A stretch of DNA of 63,724 bases from a virus. Taxonomy: Duplodnaviria > Caudoviricetes. This document shows positions 9,185-20,200 of this stretch, in pieces. Positions within the stretch are counted from its first letter, which is position 1, and every line of letters begins with the position of its first letter. The stretch is taken from positions 1 through 63,724 of the IMG/VR virus record IMGVR_UViG_3300044630_000814. One strand, 5' to 3'. The notes under the pieces are model-generated. The model did no database searches, was not told the DNA's origin, and was given only the letters and a program-made list of their open reading frames with translations. The position numbers were made by a program, and so were the translations under genes.

Positions 9185-11106
9185 TGGCCTTCATCAAACT
9201 CCAGTTTAAACCCGGTGTGAACCGCGATCAGACCGACTACTCCAACGAGGGTGGCTGGTACGAGTGCGACAAGATACGGTTTCGCTCAGGCTATCCGGAG
9301 AAGATTGGCGGCTGGGTAAAGACCACTCCGACTGCGTTTGATGGTGTATGCCGCCAGATGTGGAACTGGATCACGACGTTCAATGATAACTTGCTGGCGC
9401 TTGGGACCGATACCAAAGCCTATATCGAGAACGGTGGTTATTACTACGACATCACGCCGTTTGGTGAAGCACTTGCTGGGTCCAATACCTTTGCGGTAAC
9501 CAACACCTCGGCTGTAGTCACGGTTACGACGACCGCTGCGCTCCCATCTTGGCTGGTAACGGGTGAGCCTGTGCTTGTGGCTGGGTTTGTGTCGGCTCTT
9601 GGTGGTATCCCCATCATCGAACTGAACACAACGCACGTAATCACGAAGACCGGAGCAAACAGTTTCACCTTTACGGTAGCGACACCTGCATCTTCCACCA
9701 CGTCCGTAACTGGCTCAGGCTACACGGTTAAAGCTGAAATCGAACCCGGTAACGCCATTACAATCGCAGGTCTTGGTTGGGGTGCAGGGACTTGGGGGCG
9801 TGACGCTTGGGGTCTGGGTAGCACCACGGGCGGTATCAACCTTCCGCAGCGCGACTGGTGGTTTGACAACTTCGACAATGACCTTGTGCTGAATATCCGC
9901 AACGGTGCACCTTACTGGTGGGTTCGCGGTCCCACAGACGACCCACAGACTGCGCTTGGTACGCACGCTATTACCCTACAGGATTACGCGTCAGGTGAAG
10001 GTTACACGGCTGCCTCCGTCCCTGTGCAGGTTATGCAGTTGCTGGTATCGCAGCAGGACAAGCATCTTATCGCTTTTGGCGCGGTGCCATTTGGTTCGAC
10101 AAGCACGGCTGACTTTGACCCGCTGTTGATCCGCTGGGCTGACCAAGATACGCCGGGTGACTGGACGCCATCCACAACCAACACTGCCGGTGACCTACGC
10201 GTCTCGCGTGGTTCGCGTATCGTGCGCGCACTGCCAACACGTCAGGAAATCTTGGTTTGGACTGACACCAACCTCTATACGCTTCAGTTCCTCGGCACGA
10301 CCGACGTGTTCGGTTTGCAGGAATATGCGGACAATATCTCGGTTGCCTCGCCGCGCTCCATGGCGTCGGCTGCAAACATCACCTACTGGATGGGCCAAGA
10401 CAAGTTCTATGCCTACACTGGCCGCGTCGAGACGCTGCCTTGCACCCTGCGTAACCACGTGTTCAACAACATCAACTTCGACCAATCCGACCAGATTGTC
10501 TGCGGCACCAACGAGCAGTGGAACGAAGTCTGGTGGTTCTACCCAACGGCTGATAGCGACTACAACAACGCTTACGTCATTTATAACCACCTCGAACGCA
10601 TATGGTATTACGGTACGCTTGACCGCACGGCTTGGCTCGATACGCCAATCCGCCAGTATCCGCAGGCTGCGAACACACCAATTACAGTTGATGGTAGCAC
10701 AGTGACCACTGGTGGTGGCTTCGTTTATAACCATGAGAACGGTATCGACGACGATGTGTTAGCCATGGATAGCTACATCCAGTCGTCAGACTTTGACCTC
10801 GACGACGGCGACAACTTCATGCTGGCTCGACGCATACTACCTGACGTTGGCTTTGATGGTTCGACTGCTGCATCTCCTGAGGTCACTCTGACTATCCGCC
10901 CACGCAACTTCCCCGGCAGTGCGTTTAGTGCAGATGCTGCTGATACACAGCGCGTCATTGAGACTTCGGTTGGCGTCTATACCGATCAGGTCTTCATGCG
11001 TGCCCGCGCACGCCAGATGGCGCTTAAGATTAGGTCCGAGACCCTTGGCGTCCAGTGGCAGCTAGGTGCACCCCGCCTCGATGCGCGTCCTGACGGGAGG
11101 CGCTAA
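9184..11106 (+). CDS. Tail nozzle / DNA-stabilisation protein (P22 gp10/T7 gp12-like beta-propeller)
   Basis: 640 aa, Trp/aromatic beta-rich; lies between fibres and ejection proteins. Confidence 0.7.
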   Translation: MAFIKLQFKPGVNRDQTDYSNEGGWYECDKIRFRSGYPEKIGGWVKTTPTAFDGVCRQMWNWITTFNDNLLALGTDTKAYIENGGYYYDITPFGEALAGSNTFAVTNTSAVVTVTTTAALPSWLVTGEPVLVAGFVSALGGIPIIELNTTHVITKTGANSFTFTVATPASSTTSVTGSGYTVKAEIEPGNAITIAGLGWGAGTWGRDAWGLGSTTGGINLPQRDWWFDNFDNDLVLNIRNGAPYWWVRGPTDDPQTALGTHAITLQDYASGEGYTAASVPVQVMQLLVSQQDKHLIAFGAVPFGSTSTADFDPLLIRWADQDTPGDWTPSTTNTAGDLRVSRGSRIVRALPTRQEILVWTDTNLYTLQFLGTTDVFGLQEYADNISVASPRSMASAANITYWMGQDKFYAYTGRVETLPCTLRNHVFNNINFDQSDQIVCGTNEQWNEVWWFYPTADSDYNNAYVIYNHLERIWYYGTLDRTAWLDTPIRQYPQAANTPITVDGSTVTTGGGFVYNHENGIDDDVLAMDSYIQSSDFDLDDGDNFMLARRILPDVGFDGSTAASPEVTLTIRPRNFPGSAFSADAADTQRVIETSVGVYTDQVFMRARARQMALKIRSETLGVQWQLGAPRLDARPDGRR

Positions 11107-11786
11107 TGGCACTTACGAAGTTCAAGGCAGCCCCGCTACCCAACCCCCCAGCGGAATACGACTCACAATATGTGCGGCAACTTATCCGCGTACTTGAAAC
11201 CTACTTCTCGCAGTTGGACAGCAGCACGCCGAACTACGCTCAGAGCTACACGGCTGACTTTTTCTATGGGAATGGCACCGGCATCTATGTGCCTTACAAC
11301 CAGTTTTATAGTATGGTTGACCAGACAGTGCCCGCTATTGACCAGTCGGTTGCGGTCAAGTTGGAAGAGACAACCTTCGCAAATGGTATCTCTATTACAG
11401 GCGTAAACGAGACGCGGATTACCTTCAGCGTGGGCGGCATCTACACCTTGGTGTTTAGCTTAGCGTTTAAAAACACAACGAACGACAACCAAGAAATAGA
11501 CATCTGGTTCCGGTATGATGGCGTTGACGTTGCGAACTCTAACAGCCGCTTCACGATAGCGCCGCGCAAATCAACAGGAACTCCCTCGTACCTGATTGCT
11601 ACAGCAGCGTTCACCGGTTTAGCTGCGGGTACCGGTGACTATGTCGAGATTATGTGGGCCACAACCAACACCAGTGTGGTGATGGAACATCTTCCAGCAG
11701 TGGCTTACTCAGCGGGCGTAACTCCTGCTATTCCCGCTACTCCGTCTGCCATTGTGCAGGCTAACTTTGTGTCAAAGGCAGTTTGA
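11106..11786 (+). CDS. Tail protein (needle/spike-like)
   Basis: PPLPNPPAEYD...YF N-terminus followed by a beta-sandwich-like region; coupled to the nozzle gene. Confidence 0.55.
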   Translation: MALTKFKAAPLPNPPAEYDSQYVRQLIRVLETYFSQLDSSTPNYAQSYTADFFYGNGTGIYVPYNQFYSMVDQTVPAIDQSVAVKLEETTFANGISITGVNETRITFSVGGIYTLVFSLAFKNTTNDNQEIDIWFRYDGVDVANSNSRFTIAPRKSTGTPSYLIATAAFTGLAAGTGDYVEIMWATTNTSVVMEHLPAVAYSAGVTPAIPATPSAIVQANFVSKAV

Positions 11787-11853
11787 TATGCGTAAGGGCT
11801 TTAGTTTTAGACATATTGGCGCTATAAGCGTAGGTACAAGGTAGGATATCGCA

Positions 11854-13449
11854 ATGGACATGCAGGCTGCTCCGCCAACATACGCAGAAATAAACACTGG
11901 GCAGCCCCCAGTTGGTAACCCTCCCGTGCTTGGACAGCAGGTTCCGGGCATGTCTGGCGGTCTGCCTTCGCAGGGCGGTCTCTCGGTTCTTGCCAACCCA
12001 ATGGCTCAACAACTGCAAAGTATGGGTCGCGGTGACGACAAGATGTTGGTTCATATGACACCCGGTGAGGTTAGTAGCCTCCAAGGTCTGGCTATGGCGA
12101 CAGGCGGCTCTCTCACAATTAACCCACAAACAGGTCTCCCCGAAGCTGGCTGGCTTGGTAAACTCCTACCCACTATTCTTGGCGCAGCCCTAGCGGCTAC
12201 TGGTGTCGGTGCCCCACTTGCTGCTGGTATCGTAGGCGCAGGTCAGTTTGCACGTACTGGTAGCTTGAAGAAAGGCTTGATGGCCGGTCTCGGTGCCTTC
12301 GGTGGCGCTGGTATGGCTGGTATGGCGGGTCTTGGTGGTAAGCTTTCTGAAACAGGTTTTGGCTTGCTCGGAGATAAAGCTGGTTTCTTCGGTGCTAATA
12401 TGGGTCAGGGACTTTCTCAAGGTGCAAATGCCGCAGCAGGGCTAGCTAAAATGGGTACGGCTCCTGTTGAAAATGCCATCAACGTAACTGGCTCTATGCC
12501 CGGTGCTCCGGCTGCGGCTGCGCTAAACCCTGTGCAGACACAAGCAATAATGGGTGGGAACGTCATTGGCTCAGGAACACAAGCGGCCATGACAGGCGTA
12601 GCGCCCACGGCAACAACAGGTGCACAGTTCACAGGTGGCTTAGGCTCGCGCTTCGGCCAAGCTGTGCGCGCTGGCCTCCCCGCTGGCACTCCGAGTATGA
12701 TTTCCAAAGCTGCGCCTATGATGGCAGGCATGGGCGTCCTAAACAACATATCCAGTGCAACCACCCCTTCAGGCGGCAGTATAGGTTCGGACGGCGTTAT
12801 AGATAATGCTTATCAGGGTCCATACACGGCGCAGCAGCGCAAAGCTACGTTTGCCGACTCCACTGCCGATATACTTGGCTCGTCTAAGGAGCGTCGTTAC
12901 TTCGACGTAGATATGCCTGAAGTTTACAACGTGCAGGGGCAAGTCGTGCAGCCGGGTTCCAGCACTAAGCGGGGCACACCTATCCTGCAGAATGTTCTTA
13001 ATCCCAAGGCCAAGAAGGGCGAGAACCGCTACAGTCAGATACTCACCCCGTATATGGGTGGCGTTGACCCCGAGGAGGGAGACTACGCCAAGGGCGGTGA
13101 AGTCGAACTAGCCGACGGAGCCTTTGTGCTTGATGCGCGTACGGTATCTGAAATTGGCAACGGCAGCAGCAATGCTGGCATGGAGGCGCTTCGTAAAATT
13201 GGCGGGCGTCCAATTAACGGCCCGGGCGATGGAGTAAGTGATAGTATCCCTGCTCGTATAGGCCGTGACCAGCCAGCACGTGTTGCACGTGATGAGGTAC
13301 TGATGCCTGCAGATGCAGTACGCCGCCTTGGTAAAGGCAACCCAAAAAAGGGCGCGGACAAACTATACTCGCTTATGAATAAGGCCCATAAAGCCCGTAA
13401 GAAAGCCAAGCGTGGCCAAGACACTAAAGTGCGTCGTGGACTTGTATAA
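11854..13449 (+). CDS. Internal virion/ejection protein
   Basis: GRGDDxMLVHMTPGEV...TINPQTGLPEA domain, Gly/Ala hydrophobic segments, YAKGGEV and GPGDGVSDSIPA domain. Confidence 0.7.
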   Translation: MDMQAAPPTYAEINTGQPPVGNPPVLGQQVPGMSGGLPSQGGLSVLANPMAQQLQSMGRGDDKMLVHMTPGEVSSLQGLAMATGGSLTINPQTGLPEAGWLGKLLPTILGAALAATGVGAPLAAGIVGAGQFARTGSLKKGLMAGLGAFGGAGMAGMAGLGGKLSETGFGLLGDKAGFFGANMGQGLSQGANAAAGLAKMGTAPVENAINVTGSMPGAPAAAALNPVQTQAIMGGNVIGSGTQAAMTGVAPTATTGAQFTGGLGSRFGQAVRAGLPAGTPSMISKAAPMMAGMGVLNNISSATTPSGGSIGSDGVIDNAYQGPYTAQQRKATFADSTADILGSSKERRYFDVDMPEVYNVQGQVVQPGSSTKRGTPILQNVLNPKAKKGENRYSQILTPYMGGVDPEEGDYAKGGEVELADGAFVLDARTVSEIGNGSSNAGMEALRKIGGRPINGPGDGVSDSIPARIGRDQPARVARDEVLMPADAVRRLGKGNPKKGADKLYSLMNKAHKARKKAKRGQDTKVRRGLV

Positions 13450-13883
13450 TGGAAGTTAGCCTCATCCCTGCTGAGTTTGTAGGTGGTCTTCTACCCAAGC
13501 TGTTCCCGCATATAAGTAAGGCTGCGGAATATACATTTGGTCGGTATGAACCAGAAGATATAATTGATGCGGTGCTCGACGAAGCAGCACACCTGTGGGT
13601 AGTGATTGAAGGCGAAGATATTCTTGGGGTTACCATTACTCGTTTTTGGCAGTACCCTCGCAAGAAGTGCCTCGATATGCTATTTATCGGTGGCGATGAA
13701 GGTTTTAGTTGGAAAGACCCAATGCTTGAAACTTTGCAACGTTGGGCACGTGATAATAGTTGCGATGTCATCGAGTCTTCGGGTAGGCCCGGATTTGCCC
13801 GTGCTTTCAAAGACGATGGATATAAAATGCTATGGCAGGTATATGAGTTACCCGTAATGGGTCTTGGAGGACAGAATGGCTAA
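13449..13883 (+). CDS. GNAT-like acetyltransferase-fold protein in the ejection module
   Basis: Size, the LFIGG and ESSGRPGF motifs, and position typical of podoviral ejection cassettes. Confidence 0.6.
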   Translation: MEVSLIPAEFVGGLLPKLFPHISKAAEYTFGRYEPEDIIDAVLDEAAHLWVVIEGEDILGVTITRFWQYPRKKCLDMLFIGGDEGFSWKDPMLETLQRWARDNSCDVIESSGRPGFARAFKDDGYKMLWQVYELPVMGLGGQNG

Positions 13884-15894
13884 GGGTGGTAGCAGTCAAC
13901 CGGTTAAACAGGAGATAACCCAGTCAACTCTCCCTGAATATGCACGTCCTTATTTTGAAGGGATGATGCAGCGCGCAAGTACAGCGCTTACTACACCTTA
14001 TCAGACCTATGGCCAAGAGCGCATTGCTGGGTTCACACCTGAGCAGCAGCAGCTTCAACAGAACATCCTTAACCAGCAGACTCCGGGTGAGTTCGGGCAA
14101 GCTGGCAGTTTGGCTTCCGCTGCAGGTCTTGGTTCACTACAAGCTTCGCAATATAACGCCGGTCAGTTTGGTGCACAGCAGATCGGGATGCCCAACCTCC
14201 AACAGTACAGCATGAGTGGGCCATCTAACGTACAAGCGCAGCAATACGGCTCGCCTCAGATGCAGGCTGCTCAGACTGGCTTCAGCCCACAGGTACAAGC
14301 TTACATGATGGGTGGCGCTCGTGATGTTGGTGCACAGGGCGTGTCGGCACAGGATATGCAGGCCGCGCAGTCGGGCTACCGCCCAGACCTCGAAGCATTC
14401 CAGATGAGCCCCGCCGAACGCATTGGTGGATACGATGTCAATGCTCCCATGATGCAGGCTGCGCAGACAAGCTACGGCCAAGGGCCGCTTGAGCAGTTCC
14501 GCATGGAAGGGCCGCAAGCTTTTGGTTTAGCACAGGCCCAGCAGTACATGTCGCCTTTTGCGGAAGCCGTAATGGAGCCACAGAAGCGCGAAGCTATCCG
14601 TAGTGCGAAGCAGTCGCAGCTTGTCCAAGACCTCGGCGCTGCGCGTCAGGGTACCTATGGCGGGTCTCGTCAGCTTCTTGCTGGGTTGGAGCGCGAACGC
14701 AATCTTGGCACTCAACTTGGTGATATCGACGCTCGTGGTCGTCAGGCAGCGTACGAAAGTGCGCAGCAGCAGTTTGAGCGTGACCGTGCAGCGGGTATGA
14801 CAGCCGGACGTGAGAACCTCCAAGCAGCGCTCCAACAGCAGCAGCTTGGCACCCAGACAGGTCTACAGGCGACTCTGGCTAACTTATCCAACGAACAGCA
14901 AGCCAACGTAAATAATCAGGCCATGCAGTTCCAAGCACAGGGTATGTCTGCGGATAACGCCATGAGGGCAGCATTGGCTAATCAGCAAGCTGGTCTCACC
15001 ACAGGCCAACAGAACCTTGCGGCGCGTCTCGGCGTACAAGAACTTGGTGCGCAGCAGGGTCTTCAGGTTGCGATGCAGAACCTATCGAACGAGCAGCAGG
15101 CTGCGGTTAATAACCAAGCCCAGCAGTTCCAAGCTCAGGGTATGAACGCCGACAACGCGCTCAAGGCAGCATTGGCCAATCAGGGTGTGGACGTCACACG
15201 GGCGCAGGCAAACCAACAAGCCCAGATGCAGGCTCAGCAGCTTAGCACTCAGACGGGTATGCAGACGGCACTTGCTAACCTTGACGCTGCTTCACAGGCT
15301 AACGTCCAGAACTTGGCAGCACAACTCCAGACACAAGGGCTTAACTCCGAGCAGGCGATGCGTGCAGCATTGGCCAACCAGCAGGCACAGCTTACGACGG
15401 GCCAGCAGAACCTTAGCGCCGCGCTGGATACTCAGCGTCTGGGTGCAACTACAGGACTTGAAGCTCTTCGGGCCAACCAGCAGGCAGACCTTGAGCGCCA
15501 GCGTATGCGTGAGCAGTCCCGTCAGTTTGGAGCGCAGCAGCGCCTTGCAGGTCTTGGGCAGGCCGGTCAGATGGGTCAGACCCTTACCAATATCGGTTCG
15601 GCACGCTCGCAGGCAGACCTTGCGCGGTTCGGTCAGCAGACACAGACTGCGGCGCAGCAGCAGGCGCTACAACAGCAGTACCTCGACACGGCATATCAAG
15701 ACTTCCTGCGTCAGCAGGGTTATCCGATGGAACAGTTGCAGCAGTATAGCAGCCTGCTTCGTGGTGTCCCTGTAGAACCTAATGTGAGTAGGACGGCTTA
15801 TGCACCGAGTGCTTCTCTAGGTTCCCAGCTTATGGGCGGCGGACTTGCTGCGGCTGGTATATACAACACGGCTAACCGGGCGGGGTTAATTTAA
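13876..15894 (+). CDS. Gln-rich DNA ejection/pilot protein
   Basis: GGAGG RBS; MAKGG start; Gln/Ala-rich coiled coil with three 66-aa repeats; GTYGGSRQ motif. Confidence 0.75.
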   Translation: MAKGGSSQPVKQEITQSTLPEYARPYFEGMMQRASTALTTPYQTYGQERIAGFTPEQQQLQQNILNQQTPGEFGQAGSLASAAGLGSLQASQYNAGQFGAQQIGMPNLQQYSMSGPSNVQAQQYGSPQMQAAQTGFSPQVQAYMMGGARDVGAQGVSAQDMQAAQSGYRPDLEAFQMSPAERIGGYDVNAPMMQAAQTSYGQGPLEQFRMEGPQAFGLAQAQQYMSPFAEAVMEPQKREAIRSAKQSQLVQDLGAARQGTYGGSRQLLAGLERERNLGTQLGDIDARGRQAAYESAQQQFERDRAAGMTAGRENLQAALQQQQLGTQTGLQATLANLSNEQQANVNNQAMQFQAQGMSADNAMRAALANQQAGLTTGQQNLAARLGVQELGAQQGLQVAMQNLSNEQQAAVNNQAQQFQAQGMNADNALKAALANQGVDVTRAQANQQAQMQAQQLSTQTGMQTALANLDAASQANVQNLAAQLQTQGLNSEQAMRAALANQQAQLTTGQQNLSAALDTQRLGATTGLEALRANQQADLERQRMREQSRQFGAQQRLAGLGQAGQMGQTLTNIGSARSQADLARFGQQTQTAAQQQALQQQYLDTAYQDFLRQQGYPMEQLQQYSSLLRGVPVEPNVSRTAYAPSASLGSQLMGGGLAAAGIYNTANRAGLI

Positions 15895-15895
15895 G

Positions 15896-17239
15896 ATGGA
15901 AACGAAACCGTACGATCTACAGTCCCCTGAGCAAATTGCTAAGGACTATGGTGGTAATAAGCAGAAGATCGCTGAAGCTATGCAGATGGGCATTCTTGAC
16001 CCTACCGCTGGTACGTTGGCTGGTATGTTTATTGACCGCATGCGTTCTGCTGCTCAGATGGAAGCCGCTCCCCAGCAGACTGTAGCTCAACAGACGTTTG
16101 CGCCTCCCGCTCCACCCCAGCCGCCCATGGGTGCCCCTGCGGGTCTTGGTGCTACACCACAAGCTGCGGCTATGCCGCCTATGAACGCTGCGCCACCTAT
16201 GGGTGCGGTCCCCCCACAAGGTGAAATGCCTGCTATGGCCGAAGGCGGTATGGTTCCCCCATATATGGCTGGCGGTGGTCTTTCTGATATACCGCTTCCT
16301 GACGGTATGTTCGATGAACCTAGCAACGGCGGATTTAACGACGGCTATGCTGGCGGCGGATTGGTCGCGTTTTTTGAGGGTGGTCCTGTTAAGGAAAAAA
16401 CACCGGAAGAAATAGCAGCAGAAGAAGCAGAAAAGGCATATCTAGCTCAGCTAGACAGCGAATATGTTCCACCTGCGAGCGCAGCTAGTCCGATTGACGT
16501 TTATGGCGCGACACCTGCTAAAGCTCCGATACCGCTTAACGTCCCAGAGTTTTCAGGCATACCGGCAGCTATGTATGGTGTATCAAGGTTGCCGAAGGAT
16601 AACTTGGCAATGATTAGGGAGTTGGCCCCACAGCAGACTAAGTACAGTGAGCGACTTACTAAGGAACTGGAAAAGTCCCTCGACGAAGGAGAGCAGAAAA
16701 AACGTGCTCGGGAAAATCTCGACATGGCGATGATTAGGGCCGGTGTTGCAATGGCAAATGCACCGGGCTCTATACTTCAATCTGCTACCGCAGGTGTCGG
16801 CGCAGCACTGCCCGATTTTGAGGCTGGGGTTAAGGAGCAGCGTGCTGAAGTGCGTGACGCTGTTAAGGCGCTGGCTGAGCAGGAGGGGGTAAGTAATAAA
16901 GCTGCTCGAGAAGCCGCGAATTTGGCTATGGAAATGACCATGAAATATGGTACGTTGGCTGAAGCTATGAAGGACCGGGCTGTTCAAATAGAACTTTCGA
17001 AGCGGAGTAATGCAGTTCAACTGCTCATCGCTCAGATGCAGGCCGCCACTGCAAGGGCAGGCCATCAAGTGCAGTTACAAGTAGCAAACGCCCCGTCTGC
17101 CACGGAACGTATTATCGAGCGGTTAGGTAACGGTGATTTTGCGGCTGGGTTTACCACTTTTTCAGAAGGTAAAGCAAAGAGTAGCCAAGGGGCAAACAGT
17201 AGCGGTGATGGTTGGGGCGAAGCTCAGGTCGATAATTAA
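15896..17239 (+). CDS. Internal virion/ejection protein
   Basis: Pro/Ala-rich region, four AxGG motifs and a coiled-coil C-terminus; ejection-module position. Confidence 0.7.
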   Translation: METKPYDLQSPEQIAKDYGGNKQKIAEAMQMGILDPTAGTLAGMFIDRMRSAAQMEAAPQQTVAQQTFAPPAPPQPPMGAPAGLGATPQAAAMPPMNAAPPMGAVPPQGEMPAMAEGGMVPPYMAGGGLSDIPLPDGMFDEPSNGGFNDGYAGGGLVAFFEGGPVKEKTPEEIAAEEAEKAYLAQLDSEYVPPASAASPIDVYGATPAKAPIPLNVPEFSGIPAAMYGVSRLPKDNLAMIRELAPQQTKYSERLTKELEKSLDEGEQKKRARENLDMAMIRAGVAMANAPGSILQSATAGVGAALPDFEAGVKEQRAEVRDAVKALAEQEGVSNKAAREAANLAMEMTMKYGTLAEAMKDRAVQIELSKRSNAVQLLIAQMQAATARAGHQVQLQVANAPSATERIIERLGNGDFAAGFTTFSEGKAKSSQGANSSGDGWGEAQVDN

Positions 17240-17254
17240 TAGCAAGGGGTTTTT

Positions 17255-20200
17255 ATGCCTACATACCGGATCAAAGCCCCTGACGGTAACACCTACCGGA
17301 TAGAGGGGCCACCCAACGCGTCTCAAGCCGATGTAATCGCTGCAGTAATGAGGCAGAACCCATCGGCGGGTGTAGCTAAAGTTACGCATCAAATAAAGGC
17401 ACCTGATGGCAATACGTATGCGATCGAAGGGCCTAAGAATGCTACCCAGAAGGAAGTTGCTGCGGCTGTAATTCGGCAGAAGCCGACGGCTGGCAAACCA
17501 CCAGCACCGGTCAAGCCCACACCTAAAGCAGCGGTTGAAATCGGCAAACGCACAAAAGAACTCGATGAGAGTGCCGCGAGCCTTAATCGGATGATTGCTG
17601 AAACCCAACGCTTATCTAAGCTACCCGGCGCGACAGCAAGCATGCGGGAAAAAGCTAACGTAGCCATAGAAGAATACCGCAAAACCCTTGCGAACATCGC
17701 AAATGAAAAAGGGTACATGCAGCGCACGGGTACGCTTGTGCCCGAACGGTCCTTTGGTGAGATTGCCACAGATACACTTAAAGGACTTGGTGCCGGTGCG
17801 CTCCGTACAGTTGCGGGTATACCGAGCCTGTTGGGTGCTGTAGGTATAGAAAGTCCGGGTAAAGCATCCGAGCAAGCAGCCGAACGATTTATTCAGCGTA
17901 ACCTTGCACCTGATGAGAGCGATGCAGCCCAATTTGGTACGTTTGCGCAGCAGGGTCGGCGACTTTCTGAAGTAGCAGGTAGCGTCCTACCTGCGTTTGC
18001 CACTCGTGGCGCGTCTCGTGCAGGTATGGCTGTTGCTGGTCCACGCGCTGTTCCGATACTTACAAGGACAGAACAAGCAGCACAACTTGCATTAGGTGCG
18101 GGTCCCGGTGCTCAGCAACAGCGTCAGGCAATCGAGCAATACGAAGCTGAGACAGGGAAGGTCGTTAACCCTCTCGTACGTGCGCTTGCGCAGGCTGGCG
18201 GTGCAGCCATTGGGGCTACAGAAGTTCTCACCTTAGACGCTATGATGGCGCGGGTACCTTCCAAGTTGCGTGGGTCTATGACTTCAAAACTTGCAGGTCT
18301 TGTGGAGCGTATAGAAGCCGGTGGCATATCGCCGAAAGCTGCGGCAGCAGAAGTACGCACCCTTATGGCTGACATCCAGAAAACTGGCCGAGGCCGTGTG
18401 GGTGTCGCTATGCTGGAAGAAGGTACGCAGGAAGGTACCGCTCAGTTCGCACAGAATGTCCTCGAGAAAACGGCGTACAACTCCGAAAAGGATGTAACCG
18501 AAGGGGTCGCAGAGAACTTTATCTACGGTGCGGTTGTTGGTGGCGGCGTACGTGGGCTTACTGAGCTAGTTACAAAAGTAACAGGCGGCGTAGAAACCGC
18601 TAATAAAATTAAGTCGGACGCAAAGCTTATCGCTGCAACTATGCGGTTGCAAGAGAACCCGAACGACGATGCCGCTTTCGATACCATCGTTGAACGTATG
18701 GTGGAAAGCTACGGAATTACCCCAGAGAAAGCAGCGCTATACGCCCAACAACAACTCGGACGCGCACGCGAAGAAGGAGATACGGATGTCCCCGATGCTG
18801 ATACCGGAGTGGATGACTTCGGAGGAACTGACGCAGGCACTGCTTCTGATATCGGAACCACTCCGTCCATATCCGGTGCTACAGACGTTGGAGAGACTGT
18901 CGGAGGAGGACTGGAGCGGGCTGTTTCTGGCGTATCAACTACTGATGTTGGCGAGGGAGCGGGAGTCAGTTCACTAGACGAAACTAAGCAAATCCTTGCC
19001 GATAAGAAAGTCAAACTGACTGAACGCGTTAATGTAGCTAGGCAGCTACTGAACGACACGATACTCAACAACCCCCTCGTCAGTGTGAATGACGTTGACC
19101 AGAAGCAGTTCGATGCGGCTAAGAAGCAGCTTGCGAATGGTAAATACAATGGTGACCCCGTGGCTGCGCTGGAAGCGGTTACAGGCAAGAAGTTTGCTGC
19201 TCCTCTCGACGTCAACACGACTGTTGAGGATGTGAACACACAAGAAATCCAAGGGGGGCTCGACGCTGTCACCCAAGGAATTGCGGAAAATCAAGCGCAA
19301 ATTAAGTCCTTCATCCAAGGGATTGAGGAAAATCAAGCGAAACTTGCGGCTGCACCTGAAGTCACTACACCCCCATTGGATGTGCAAGCTACGGCTCCTG
19401 TTAAGACGGCGATTGAATCGGTCACTACCCCTGCTCCTGACGCTAGCCCTATCCCATCCTTGGCTCAAGCAAGTGCACAACAGTTGGGTATTACACCTAC
19501 GGCTGCGCCTGAAGCTGCGCCCGAAATGGCTGCGCCTGAAGTGGCCCCGCTTAGCCGTGAAGAGAAACCGGTTTATGACCCCGCAGACTACACCCCACAG
19601 GAAATCTACGACAACCTAACACGTTTTGGGTACAAAGAAGCCGAGCGCCGTGGTTATGTGTTTAACACCGCTGAAAACGGTATGTTTGGTGAAGGTGTAC
19701 GGGAAGCAAAGAACCCCGACATCCAGCCTCTAACTGACGAACAAGTCCTTTCCCTTGAGCGGGGTAGCCCCGAAGTTCTTGCCGCTTACAAAGAAGGCCA
19801 GCAGTGGGGGAAAGAACAGGTTGCAGCCGTACAAGCTGCGCCAGTAGCCGAAGAAGCCGCACTTGAAGCTGCGCCTGTACAGGAACCTGTACAAGGTTAT
19901 GTTGATACGCGGAAGCAAGAACTAGCAGCACAAGAGGCTGCGGATGTTGAAGCCGAGGCTAACCTACGGCAAGAGATTGAAGCGCGTAAGCAGCAAGAAG
20001 AAGCTGCGCCAGTAGCCGAAGCAGCCGCACTTGAAGCTGCGCCAGTAGCCGAAGAGGTTGCACCTGAGGTAGTTACTGCACCTATCGAGGAAGCAGCACC
20101 AGAAGTCGATCCTTATGCTGGCGTACTTGCGGACATTGAGGCAGCGCTAGCCGACGAGGCGATTGATGCAAGGACACATAAGCTGCTTACCTCGGCAGTA

